Source: Octopus bimaculoides (lineage: Eukaryota). Taken from it: 64,000 bases of DNA. The notes beneath the pieces are model-generated. The model was not told the origin of the DNA and searched no databases. It saw only the letters and a program-made list of their open reading frames with translations. Positions 25,341-38,556 of the stretch are shown here, piece after piece (the first letter of the stretch is position 1; the number at the start of each line of letters is the position of its first letter). The stretch covers positions 102,177,029 through 102,241,028 of the forward strand of contig NC_068982.1 in NCBI RefSeq assembly GCF_001194135.2. The letters are read 5' to 3'. Both the position numbers and the translations under genes were made by a program.

Positions 25341-25823
25341 TAAAAAAAAAAATAACGTGAAAGAAGGCTGGTTTTTCAGAAAAGAAATAAATGTGTAAGG
25401 ACGAGGTAAATGTAAAATGAGATAAGAAAGACAGTAAAAGAATATTAGAAATTGCCTCCCTTCAGCCCACTCGAATCAACATTAATATGTTTGATGCAAA
25501 TTTATTCAACGGGAGAAGAAATATAGATTGAAAGATAAAATAATATGCGTTCAGTGAAAGTTTCATACAGCTGCTACTCCAACGCGAACGATATCCCTCG
25601 CAGGTCCTACCAAGCGCTTTTCCAAGTTGTGACTGCCGAGAGACAGAGACTGGTCCAATAGCAGCTTCTTGTTTCTTCGTTTTTTTTCCTCAACGACCAG
25701 CTATGTTTTATATTTGACGCTGAAAGATTGCTTGGAAACATACAGCACACTATAGAACCTTGTCTGCTCGTCGTGTTTTCACAGTGTGAAACTAAATAGT
25801 AGGCTGAATTTACATTCTATGTG

Positions 25824-25913
<90 letters not shown>

Positions 25914-26547
25914 TACATACATACATACACACATACATGCATACATACATACATACATACATACATACATACATACATGTGTGTGTATGCCCGCTCACTG
26001 ATTGTAATTTGTCTGTATCGTCTGTATGTGCGAATCAGTTTAACCTTTCGCTGATGATTCGTGTCTGAAGTCAAGGGTCATTGACACCATCTGCTTGGTC
26101 ATTTTTCAATGCCGATTGCCTTTTCTCTAAGATTATTTATGCATTTATGCACATTGCTTTTATCAATTAAGTCATCTCTTTAAGCGACCTCTAGACTGCT
26201 GTTGAAGTTAGGCACCCTGCATTCTTCTTTCGTCAACAACTCAATGCGGGCACATTTCTCTACTTGGGATGCAGCAATTTTCTGCAATGAAGAACAGGAA
26301 AAGGAGTTACTATATTGGAAGAGTTATTCTATCAACAAGTGAAATCAGACCGACCTATGTCACATAAAAAAAATTAACCCCGTTATGATATTATATGCAG
26401 TGTAAACCTCAGGTTTTAATGATGCAACAAAAGGAGCCCTGTAGAAAGGCAATGAAAAATATACAGGGCCATAACTTTATGCATAGACACACAAGCATAC
26501 ATACGCACATACACATACACACAGAACACACACACACACACGAATAC

Positions 26548-26589
<42 letters not shown>

Positions 26590-27504
26590 NNNNNNNNNNN
26601 NNNNNNNNNNNNNNNNNNNNNNNNNNNNNNNNNNNNNNNNNNNNNNNNNNNNNNNNNNNNNNNNNNNNNNNNNNNNNNNNNNNNNNNNNNNNNNNNNNNN
26701 NNNNNNNNNNNNNNNNNNNNNNNNNNNNNNNNNNNNNNNNNNNNNNNNNNNNNNNNNNNNNNNNNNNNNNNNNNNNNNNNNNNNNNNNNNNNNNNNNNNN
26801 NNNNNNNNNNNNNNNNNNNNNNNNNNNNNNNNNNNNNNNNNNNNNNNNNNNNNNNNNNNNNNNNNNNNNNNNNNNNNNNNNNNNNNNNNNNNNNNNNNNN
26901 NNNNNNNNNNNNNNNNNNNNNNNNNNNNNNNNNNNNNNNNNNNNNNNNNNNNNNNNNNNNNNNNNNNNNNNNNNNNNNNNNNNNNNNNNNNNNNNNNNNN
27001 NNNNNNNNNNNNNNNNNNNNNNNNNNNNNNNNNNNNNNNNNNNNNNNNNNNNNNNNNNNNNNNNNNNNNNNNNNNNNNNNNNNNNNNNNNNNNNNNNNNN
27101 NNNNNNNNNNNNNNNNNNNNNNNNNNNNNNNNNNNNNNNNNNNNNNNNNNNNNNNNNNNNNNNNNNNNNNNNNNNNNNNNNNNNNNNNNNNNNNNNNNNN
27201 NNNNNNNNNNNNNNNNNNNNNNNNNNNNNNNNNNNNNNNNNNNNNNNNATATCTTTACACATATGCATATGCACATATGTGTATGTGTATATTTATCTAC
27301 CTATCTATCTATTTTTTAACCTATCTATTTATCTATCCATCTCTCTATTTATTTCTATGTATGTATGTATGTATGTATGTATGCGTGTATGTATTTCTTT
27401 ATTCGTGTATATATTCATACATATGTACAGACAAATTTATACATGTAAATATACGAAGACAGACAGATGAAATGATACACTAATACGTTGTTGATAACGA
27501 GGTT

Positions 27505-27565
<61 letters not shown>

Positions 27566-27717
27566 GTATGTTTGTAGGCAGGGTAGGTAGGTAAGTGGTG
27601 CTTGTTATCGGAAGCAAGCAGCTGAATGGGGGAGTAAATATCAGTTTACTTGGTCAACCTATTGAAATCTGTTTTCCACGGACTATTATTTGACTTCTAA
27701 TAATAAAATATTAATAA

Positions 27718-27767
<50 letters not shown>

Positions 27768-27809
27768 GTTGTTGTTGTTGTTATTGTTGTTGTTGTTGTT
27801 ATTATTATT

Positions 27810-28066
27810 GAGGGAAAGCTGTCTTTATATAACTGGTGATCATAGCTAAAGAGGTTGTAGGATGGACGAGATTGAAGGAGCTTAAGACGAACACTTTTCT
27901 CTTTGGTCAATACCGGAACAACTTGAAAAGGAAAATAAGGGTAGAGACGGAAGTGTTGTCTTCTAACCAGTTTGCTGAAAGATAGATGAAAGTGGCGAGA
28001 ATGGTGCGAGTGAACAGGCTTGCTTTGAGCATACGCCTTCAATTGGAGAAAAGAAAAGAAAAAAAC
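27810..28066 (+). mobile_element. Tx1-clade ORF2 C-terminal fragment (diverged direct repeat of about 29585-29790)
   Basis: GKAVFI*LVIIAKEVVGWTRLKELKTNTFLFGQ versus GKAVFLYLVAIAKEVVEWTRLKGLKTNPFLFGQ. Confidence 0.85.
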
Positions 28067-30033
28067 AGCGAAGGAGGCGGAGCGCTGCGAAAGGCCGATA
28101 ACAGCCTTTGAAATACGGGAAACAATGGCTAGCTGCACGAGGGGTAAATCGCCTCGTTTGGATGGTCTGCCCTACGAGCTCTACGCTTACGTACCAGATT
28201 TGTTGGGCAACCTCTTAGTAAACGTTTACTGCAACTGGCAACAGAATGGGAGAATTCCCAGGTTTGTGAGCCGAGGAGTGGTGGCGTTGCTGAAAAAAGA
28301 CCCGAACAAGAGGAATTGTATTGACAGCTATAGGCCCATAACTCTGCTGAAATTTTGGCCAAGGTGTTAGCTACGAGGTTGGCGCTTGTCGTCGACGATC
28401 TGGTAGGGGAGGCACAGATATGCGCCATGCTGATAAGATCCGTCCACGACAACCCCACCTCATGCGATACATCATTGAAAAGTGGCTAAAGAACCTGGCA
28501 CGGGAGGGGCCCTGATCAATTTAGATCAGGGTAAAGCTTTCGATAGGGTCGACCATCTATACCTGCTGACGGTCCTCAAGGCATCTAGTTTCGGGCCTAT
28601 ATTCAGGGGCTGGATCACCGCAATGCACAGCGACATGGCTGGACACAGCTTGTGGCTGGACACCTGGAGAAGCAAATCCGTCTATGCGCGCTAGACAGCC
28701 GGACAGGTTAAATTGTTCGGGTCCTGGTTCAGTCCAGACCTCGAGATGGATAAAAACTGGGATAGGTAATGACCAAGGTGACTACTCTCACGCAGAAATG
28801 GGTCCAGAAAAAGCTATCCCTGAAAGGTCGGGCAGAGGTAGCTAACGCGTATATCGCATCCGTCATCTATTATTGCTTGACCGTACTGGCCACTGTCTCA
28901 TAACACTGGAGCGTATACTCTCCCATTTCTTATGGAAGGGACACATCCGATGGTCAGACGGTCTATCTGCTGTCAGTAATCGCTACGAGGTGGCCTGGGT
29001 ATGCCATGGTTGATGATGCGCAGCAGACATGCACTGAGGCTACGACATCTCCAGTGCTTCCTTGACAGTGTACAGGTGTGATCGTCGTTCGCCAGACATG
29101 TTATTCTGCAGCTGGTTTCTGTAACAGAACTGCAGTCCTGGGTAAAGCAGAAACCGAGGAGGAACATTTGGAAAGTGGAATGTTTTCAAGCGCTTCCAGC
29201 CATCAGCCAATCGGACAGTGCGATAGGTAGAATGTCCCCTTTAGCTTTTTATACGGGATTAGTGGAGAAAAAGTGCGACGACGTTCCTGGGGTGACTTTG
29301 GGTGTCGAAGTAGATCAGCTAGACGCTCTTTTCCGGAGAACCTTCGGGCCGAGACCGATGGATAATTTCCAAAAATCTCTGGCCTAGCAGTGCTACCAGG
29401 GAGCTTTGCATCTTCAAAGTAAACTCTACAGGCACGGAAATGCCGTCAGCCAAGCATGTTCGAGATGCGCGCTCTCGTCCAGTTCGTGTGGCTTTATGTT
29501 GGACACCTGCTGTCGCGTGTGAGACGGATCCGGCTGTCAACTGAATCCATTGTGAAGATCGCCCCGCCGCCTTCCTTTAACAGGGAAGGAAAGGCTGTTT
29601 TTTTATACCTGGTGGCCATAGCGAAAGAAGTTGTTGAGTGGACGAGATTGAAGGGGCTGAAGACAAACCCTTTTCTCTTTGGTCAATCCCTGTTCAATTT
29701 CTTTAAGCTTCACTTGAAAATGAAAATAAGGGTAGAGGGGGAAGCGTTATCTTCTAGCCAATTTGTAGTTGATAAAAAAAGGAAAGGAAAAACGGCACCT
29801 GTCCCAAAAGTCAGGGTACGCATAGTTTATATGGAGCTTTCCATGAGCAATCCTCGAACGTCTCCTCCCTATTGAGGATCAAACATTGTGAATTTTAAGA
29901 AATTTTGTTGAACTTATTTACACGCAAAACCCTCACAACACACACCTACACACATACACACATATTCTTTGTTTTGTCCTGTTCTGTCCATAATGTTTTT
30001 CCTAATGTAAACCCTTGTGGTTAATAAAGAAAC

Positions 30034-30035
<2 letters not shown>
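28067..30035 (+). mobile_element. Tx1/L1-clade LINE, 5'-truncated and internally deleted, with intact 3' end and (TTA)n tail
   Basis: GKSPRLDGLPYE, YRPITLL, LDQGKAFDRVDH, LSLKGRAEVANAYIAS; central RT motifs (QG, YADD) not seen after about 28640; AATAAA at 30023 then (TTA)n to about 30111. Confidence 0.9.
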
Positions 30036-30112
<77 letters not shown>

Positions 30113-30849
30113 TACCAGTTTTCATACATATATACCAATGTGGTTGAGAAGATGGTATGATGCCTTAATTTTACCTCGGCTTGTCCTTGTCTATTTTACT
30201 TAATTACTTGTATAAACCATCTCTAACCAAGAAATATCTAGCTGTTAAAGTAAAAACACTTACACCGTAATAGCCATCACCTAGGTAAACTGTTGCGTAC
30301 AGATGGATGTCAGATTTTTAAGTCAGTTTTTCAATTTTATTGATATAGTATAGCCTTAAATTAGCCCCTATAGGCTAGAACTTTGATATAAAATCTTTTA
30401 AAGTCATGCCAGTAGATCGAAGTCCTCCTGAGTGTGACTTTAAATTGTGTCCGGTTGTGGAACCTTGTTCGGGATTTCCAGGATTTTAACGAGGGAAGAA
30501 CCACCTCTTAGCCACTATTGTTCCCATATTTATTCCTACTCAGATTAGAAATATCTATTAAGGTCCCAGCTATGGGTTAATTTACAAATTAGCAATTCAC
30601 GGATCGTCTCCGGAAGAAGGTCACTCACAGAATGGTAGATGGGAACCTTCAGCTTTTTAGCAGCTCCAGACCATTACAGGCTTGAAGGACGAGTGAGTGC
30701 GACAGGATCTTTAGAAACCACGAATCCTTGCTGCCATGTATGGTAATTTACTGTGCATTTCATAAGTCTAAGGGAGTAATCCCCTATAAAAAATCTGGAA
30801 GGGACCCTAAAGCAGATATGTACTACTATAATTAACCAATATCCAGCGT

Positions 30850-31110
30850 CCCCTACGGTTCAATGGATGTTGCGCACGTACTAGCTTTTCTTACCCGCGT
30901 AGAGGAACCAGATAAGAAGTGGTAAGTGTACTTGAGGCTAAGCACTTGCAGCTGGAAACAACCAAGGCGCAGCAGATCTGGTTGTATTACTGTCTACTTA
31001 ATATCGTCAGCCATCGACGAAGGCCAACCTTATATCTTCAGCAACGGGTCAACTTATTGCAGGTTATACATCAAAGGGTAAAAAATATTTGTGGCTAGAT
31101 GCCGTCAGCA
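30850..31110 (-). mobile_element. Possible DIRS tyrosine-recombinase C-terminal relic
   Basis: Frameshifted PVAEDI..RRWLTIL..VDSNTTRSAA, cf. PVSKDTIARW..HSTRSAA. Confidence 0.3.
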
Positions 31111-31154
31111 AAGTGTTGCTGGATAAATATTGTTAACTAAGATTCAAAATATTT

Positions 31155-31298
31155 CTTTCTTTATTGCCCACCAAGGGGCTAAACATAGAGGGGGAAAACA
31201 AGGACAAAGGAGTTAAGTTGATTACATCGACACCAGAGAGTAACTGGTACTTATTTAATCGACACCGAAAGGATGAAAGGCAAAGTCGATCTCGGCGG
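31155..31298 (-). mobile_element. SINE family B1, 5'-truncated
   Basis: B core plus Tx1-like tail. Confidence 0.85.
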
Positions 31299-33489
31299 AG
31301 GCTACATACCTTCAGTAAAGGACCAAAATATTGTTGGTTTTAAAACTTCATTTATTTCCCATGAAAAATCAAATAATTTGTTTTATATATATATATATAT
31401 ATATAAAATACTGACACTTGCTTCTTCTTGCAAAAGCGATTTTCGAAAGAAATTTTAATGATGTCTAAATTCCGACGGAAGAGGAAATGTAAAGTTGTGG
31501 CAATCTTCTGTAATAAGATAGAAAAAAAGAAGCTAATTCAGTCAGAAAATCCGATTATTCGTTCACTGGAAATTTACAACGCTAAATATTGGCTAACTAA
31601 ACATGATAGTATGTAATTGTTTATTTGGGGGGTTTTTTCCACTATTGTTATTCAAAATCTGAAAACTAATAGTCATAATATACATCTGTCTTCGAGATCA
31701 AACTTGTGTAGCTGCTGAAGTGCAGAGTCAAGTGGAAAACCGAACATATAGCTTACCATTAGATCAATGAAATTAATTAATATCAAAGTGTGAAGCTAAT
31801 ACTAAAATGAGTGGCATTAGTTTTGATATTTTTAATGAAAGTATGGAAGCCTTGATAATATTAAACTATATTACAGATGTATTATTTTTATAATGGATTT
31901 CATTTATAGTTTTAAATGACTTTCTATCTTGAAAATAGAAATCGAATTTTTAGAGAAGAGAAGTTTTGGTTCACTCTATGACATAGTAGGCCACCCAGTG
32001 AATGAATGCAATGATATGTTGAGAAGTTTATGTTGTTAATTTGCTGTTGTTTAGTGTTGAGATTTCTCTTTGTCTATTCTACGATGAATAACGAAACAAA
32101 TGGGCAGGTTGAGGTCAATATTTGCACAGAAATTATGAAAAGATAAAAAATAAAGCCTTATTGAATTGTTTCATGCGGGTAAATATCATAGGAACGTATG
32201 GGAATTGTATATTGATGTTCCAGGTGTTTGCATAGCAGAGGAAAATGAGAAATTGTTGAATAAAGATTCGATTTATAAACGTGTCAACACAATACGGAAG
32301 ATACTTTGATTGGGTAAGGCGTTATTAGCATAGCTCGTATTTTTATGACTATTGTCATTAGGCTTGTTGTTATTTTAGACCAAATCCTATCACCAACAAA
32401 CTAATTACAATATGGCTTGTTGATGGAAAGTTATTGACTGACAAAACTTCAGTTCGGAATGGAAACAGAAAAACCATTATCACAAATTAGAATCGAGACT
32501 TATTTATTTATTTATTTATTTTCGGTTAATTATTACATTTCATTCTGGTTGCTGAAGTTAGCCGTAGCGTTGAATATGGCATCCCTTTCACAACAAATAT
32601 GAGGCAGGCTTTAAAATAAACAATCTCAGGGAATGTTTTTTCTCGTTCCACAAATAGAGAAGCTATCAAGACGATATGGTAAAGCAATTTCGACCTATTT
32701 TCTCTGAATCTTTCACTAAATCCATCTGTTACACTCCTCAGCCTGATTTATGATATCTTATGAGTTGTTTATGGTTTTTCTCTCTTTAAATATATATACA
32801 TTTTTTTTAAGTTACATATTTTTTTCATCCTTGATGAAAGATGTTTTGGTAACTTCCAGAAAATATCCAGGACACATTTCGTGTATTTTACACGCCCGAT
32901 GCTTTAACTAGATTTAGCACCAGATTGAAAAATTAATTTGTTTAGTTTCATAAAGAAACTTTAAACTTTGATTTCTTACTTAGGTAGAAAGCCACAGATT
33001 GATAAAAGCAGAACAGTTAGACTATGGGACGTTTTTGTTTTTTACAACAATTAGAGAAGATATTGAAATTTCAAATATATCTCGTTAAGTAGTATGTTGG
33101 AAGGCAATATCTAAATGGTTGTAGCTGGTAGAAGGATAGAAGGAATTCTGATACAAATGGAATACAACACAAAATAATTAGATCTCTATCTAAGGCATTG
33201 ACTTCCTTTCATTCTGTTCACCAAGCTAATTTATACGTAATATACTACCTCAAAAACATCATATTTATACATATGTAAATGCATGCAGAATTTTTTATCT
33301 TAATATTTATTAGAATAGATTGTGTTGCTCTCGAGAAAAATTTAAGTGGAAGACAGTGTAATACTCTTGCAGCATGGAACACCCTCCATAAGACATGATG
33401 GGTTCTTTTTATATCAGAATATAATGCTTGCTTATTGGAATTCTTGATGCACAGCAGAGATAGCTCTGCTATTACCACCTGTAAGGGCT

Positions 33490-34200
33490 CCAGTTGGAAA
33501 ACGTATTAAACAAAGAGATATCGTCTCGCAAAAGCTCTATACTGCATATTGAGTGCACAGGTACCGTGGACACTAATAGTGAGCAACTAACACACCTTTG
33601 ATTCGCAGGTGACATTGTACTTATTGCCGAAACCTCAAACCAGCTGCAGACCATGCCGACTAATACTCAAAGCTTAGTATTAGTCCTTAAAATGAAACGC
33701 ATGGAAACAAAATATATGCGGTCGGAAGGTGTAGGACAAGGCTGAATAGAAGTGGGCAGCAACTAAATTGAGGAAGTAAAGAAGTACGTCTACTTAGGGC
33801 ATACGAGATATGGATACTGAAATCTCATGAGAATAAGGGCACGATACAAGGTGTTTACTTCAATGAAATATGCTCTCAAAGCAAAGATAGACAATAGCAT
33901 AGGTGCCAGATTCATCAATAGCACCGTCCTGCCTGTGCTCTTATAACCAAGTGGGCTACTACGAAGGGGCTAGAACTTCAATTGGTTACAATGCAAAGGG
34001 CCACCAAAAGATCCATGCTATTCGAAATGAGACAATTCGAGAACGGAGCGGAGTGAACGATGTGATTACAGAATACATATGTTCGCTGGGCCGAACATGT
34101 CGCAAGGCTCACAGACAAGAGGTGGACCCAAGAAATGCGTGTGGTAACCAAGAAATCGGATAAGTCTAATTGGAACGCTTCCATGAGGATGGGGAGATGA
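33490..34200 (+). mobile_element. RTE-clade LINE RT/thumb relic
   Basis: IKQRDIVSQKLYT (cf. VRQGDTISPKLFT), LTHL*FAGDIVL (cf. FADD), YVYLGH, IRNETIRERSGVNDV, WAEHVARLTDKRWT. Confidence 0.8.
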
Positions 34201-34320
34201 CTGAGTTCAGCGATTTGCGTCTCAAGATGGAAAAGTATGGTGCTATTAGGTTAGAGTAAGAAGCACATTGTGAGCAGCGGTGTACAACAGTATCTGATGG
34301 CCTGGTCGATAACGTGACAT

Positions 34321-34395
<75 letters not shown>

Positions 34396-35216
34396 NNNNN
34401 NNNNNNNNNNNNNNNNNNNNNNNNNNNNNNNNNNNNNNNNNNNNNNNNNNNNNNNNNNNNNNNNNNNNNNNNNNNNNNNNNNNNNNNNNNNNNNNNNNNN
34501 NNNNNNNNNNNNNNNNNNNNNNNNNNNNNNNNNNNNNNNNNNNNNNNNNNNNNNNNNNNNNNNNNNNNNNNNNNNNNNNNNNNNNNNNNNNNNNNNNNNN
34601 NNNNNNNNNNNNNNNNNNNNNNNNNNNNNNNNNNNNNNNNNNNNNNNNNNNNNNNNNNNNNNNNNNNNNNNNNNNNNNNNNNNNNNNNNNNNNNNNNNNN
34701 NNNNNNNNNNNNNNNNNNNNNNNNNNNNNNNNNNNNNNNNNNNNNNNNNNNNNNNNNNNNNNNNNNNNNNNNNNNNNNNNNNNNNNNNNNNNNNNNNNNN
34801 NNNNNNNNNNNNNNNNNNNNNNNNNNNNNNNNNNNNNNNNNNNNNNNNNNNNNNNNNNNNNNNNNNNNNNNNNNNNNNNNNNNNNNNNNNNNNNNNNNNN
34901 NNNNNNNNNNNNNNNNNNNNNNNNNNNNNNNNNNNNNNNNNNNNNNNNNNNNNNNNNNNNNNNNNNNNNNNNNNNNNTATATATATATATATATATATAT
35001 ATATTAGTTTATGTATATATTAATATTATCTCAGTTTAAAAAAAACCTTTGATAATAAAAATATGTTAATAGTTACTAGAGGTAGCAAAATTACACTAGA
35101 GAACAAGATATCACAGCCGTTTTACAGGTAGAGATACCAAGTTAAAATGATACATTTTGAGAAGATATGGATAATAATAATAAATGGAGCAAAACGCATA
35201 TAAATAAAAGTTCCTG

Positions 35217-35309
35217 TAATTCGTACACATGTTTCAAAATATATGAGAGCTTCTTCACAAAGAAGTAAGAACTGCTGGGATTCCTCATATATTCCTCTTC
35301 AGGGAATTC
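35217..35309 (-). ncRNA. Type I hammerhead ribozyme motif with intact catalytic core
   Basis: GAAUUCC-CUGAAGA-stem II (AAUAUAUGAG/CUCAUAUAUU)-GAAAC-AUGU-GUA-cGAAUU; C.C mismatch at the first stem I pair and two G.U pairs at the stem II base. Confidence 0.65.
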
Positions 35310-35395
35310 ATAAATAAACATATAAGAACAATACAAATACGAAATGATGAGGTAACTTACGAGCAAAGATGTGTTGCTCTTATATGTTTATTTAT

Positions 35396-35487
35396 GAATT
35401 CCTTGAAGAGGAATATATGAGGAACCCCAGCAACTTTTACTTTTTTGTGATGCAGCTCTCATAAATTTTGAAACATGTGTAGGAATT
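35396..35487 (+). ncRNA. Type I hammerhead ribozyme motif with C3>U change
   Basis: AAUUCC-UUGAAGA..GAAAC-AUGU-GUA-GGAAUU; perfect 6-bp stem I. Confidence 0.6.
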
Positions 35488-35496
35488 AAAGGAACT

Positions 35497-35528
<32 letters not shown>

Positions 35529-36031
35529 TATATATATGAGAAGCAAACGCGCACAACGTACATAGTTTTAATATATTTTAAATGAAGGGATATTGCGGTT
35601 GTCGACCGGTTTCGCTTTCGCTAAGATTGACATTGAAATTATATTGTAATTTGGTATTATCTTAAGAAGATTTTAGTCCAAGTTTTTGTATGAAAGTTTG
35701 TCGATGAATCAACAAGTAGAAAAATCTAAGGGGAGGTAATTGGTGATAGTTATTACTTGGGACAGATGAAGTAATTGCTCGTTTTTGGGGTGGGATAAAT
35801 AAACATACAAAAACTCATAAGCTGAAGTAGTGAGATGAAATATGTTCAGTGATGGATATGTGATCATGAATTAAAATATATACTGCGACCAAAGTTTGCT
35901 ATGCGTTCATATTTAGGCGTTTTCTGTAATTTTTTTAATTTTTTTATCTAAACGTTCTTGTACAGAAAGTGTTTCTTTGCGCTGGTAGAGGGGGAAACTG
36001 TGAAATTTGGTTGGAGATTCCCTGCACATCA

Positions 36032-36117
<86 letters not shown>

Positions 36118-36846
36118 ATCTATCTATCTCTATCTCTCTCTCTTTCTCTCTCTCTTTCTCCCTTTATGTATATATATATTTATATATACAAAGAAAGAAA
36201 GAGAGAAAGAAAGAAAGAATATGAAGAGTTTAGGTCACTGGTAATCTAAACCAATAGGTATGGGGTTTGAGTGCTCCAGTTCATAGGCTACTAAGATCCA
36301 AGTTCACAACGGATGGCTGGAGTTGTGGTAACCACCGTGCAGTAAGGAGAGAGACGTAAATTATTTACTTTTGCTTTCTTCGATGCACTATTAAAAACAA
36401 TTCAAATGAACTAAAAAGCCGCTTCTGCCTAGATTTTGTTTTTCCCTTCCTTTAATACATATATGTATATACAATCCAAGAAAGTTAGGGGTTACGAATC
36501 CAACCCACTAAGGAATAATATCTATCCAATATACTGCCGGAAGGATACCCAATTTCTATTACACTAGTGTTTTTACCGAGTGCAATAAAAGGGTGCGAGT
36601 AAAAGGAAATTTTACCCTTAATTTATATAGCAATTTCATGTATCAATTACTCCAGTTTACTGGGGTTATATAGATAGATGTCCTTTTTAATTTTTATTAC
36701 TGATATAACATAATATGTCATATGTGTTTATATATTGTTTTTATTCTCCTTCTCTCTTAGTTGAAAAATAAACAGACAAATTGACATAATACAATGTCTG
36801 CAAGTTGATGAGTACCACATATTCCACTCCATTTTCTTATTGCTAA

Positions 36847-36887
<41 letters not shown>

Positions 36888-38517
36888 GGGTGTATACATG
36901 GTGTGTGTGTATGTCTGTGTGTGTGTGGTGTGTATGTATACACAGGCATAGATTGTTACACGGATAAATACTGACAGATACGTACGCACAAACAGACACA
37001 TATACACGCACGTATTTGCTAGACTATAAATGTATTCAGGCTGGTAACATTGCTCTATTCCCTCAGTATGCAGATAGTATTAAAAAATCTTTAGGAACCA
37101 TTCATCTGACAATTCGTTTTGGCAGGAAAATAGTTGATAGTCGCATGTATTTTTAAAGAATTCATGTCGGCACCTGGATTTATTAGATACTAGTTGTCTT
37201 TATTATTTTTGGCATTAATCGTGTGATCTTTTAAACCCACATCAAGTAGAGCTAGAAAATGCCACCGGCAAAGGAAGTAGACTGACATCCCTATAGAATT
37301 TTCGAAACAAATAATATTAGTAATTATTTAAACTTTTGTCAACCATTACTGATGTTGGAATAGATTATGGTAGCACGTAATCTAATTAGTAACTTGTGCG
37401 GTTGTATTTAGTAGAATATAGTCGTTTTAAGCAAAACAATAAAATAGGGCTGGACTAAATTTAAACACTTTGATGTTAGATTCCATATATCCATATGTGT
37501 GTGCATGTGTGTGTGTGTATATATATATATANNNNNNNNNNNNNNNNNNNNNNNNNNNNNNNNNNNNNNNNNNNNNNNNNNNNNNNNNNNNNNNNNNNNN
37601 NNNNNNNNNNNNNNNNNNNNNNNNNNNNNNNNNNNNNNNNNNNNNNNNNNNNNNNNNNNNNNNNNNNNNNNNNNNNNNNNNNNNNNNNNNNNNNNNNNNN
37701 NNNNNNNNNNNNNNNNNNNNNNNNNNNNNNNNNNNNNNNNNNNNNNNNNNNNNNNNNNNNNNNNNNNNNNNNNNNNNNNNNNNNNNNNNNNNNNNNNNNN
37801 NNNNNNNNNNNNNNNNNNNNNNNNNNNNNNNNNNNNNNNNNNNNNNNNNNNNNNNNNNNNNNNNNNNNNNNNNNNNNNNNNNNNNNNNNNNNNNNNNNNN
37901 NNNNNNNNNNNNNNNNNNNNNNNNNNNNNNNNNNNNNNNNNNNNNNNNNNNNNNNNNNNNNNNNNNNNNNNNNNNNNNNNNNNNNNNNNNNNNNNNNNNN
38001 NNNNNNNNNNNNNNNNNNNNNNNNNNNNNNNNNNNNNNNNNNNNNNNNNNNNNNNNNNNNNNNNNNNNNNNNNNNNNNNNNNNNNNNNNNNNNNNNNNNN
38101 NNNNNNNNNNNNNNNNTATGTGTGTGTGTGTGTGTGTGTATGTGTGTGTGTGTGTGTATGTATGTATATATGTATGTAAGTATGTATGTATGTATGTATG
38201 TATGTAATTATGTGAATATGTGTTTGTGTGTGCGCATGTAAGCGTGTACGTGTGTGCGTGTGTTTGAAATACAATACATTGAAATTGATAGTAATTCGTT
38301 TAGTACCAACTATGCTTCTGATACACATAGCCGTGCAAAACAAAAGAATTTAAAGTTTTTTTTTCCCCTTATAACCATAAAAAATTCTAAAGATATAAAA
38401 TCACTTAAAAAATAAATATTGATAGACAGAGACAGAGACAGAGAGAGGTACATAGAGAGAGATGCACACATATACAAATATGTGTGTGCGTGTGTGTGTG
38501 TGTGTGTATACATATGA

Positions 38518-38556
<39 letters not shown>

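Larger units (their letters stand above)
35205..35500. repeat. About 295-bp palindrome (arms about 130 bp, spacer about 40 bp), an inverted pair of pLTR-like units
   Basis: 35205-35334 is the reverse complement of about 35370-35500 with scattered mismatches. Confidence 0.9.
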
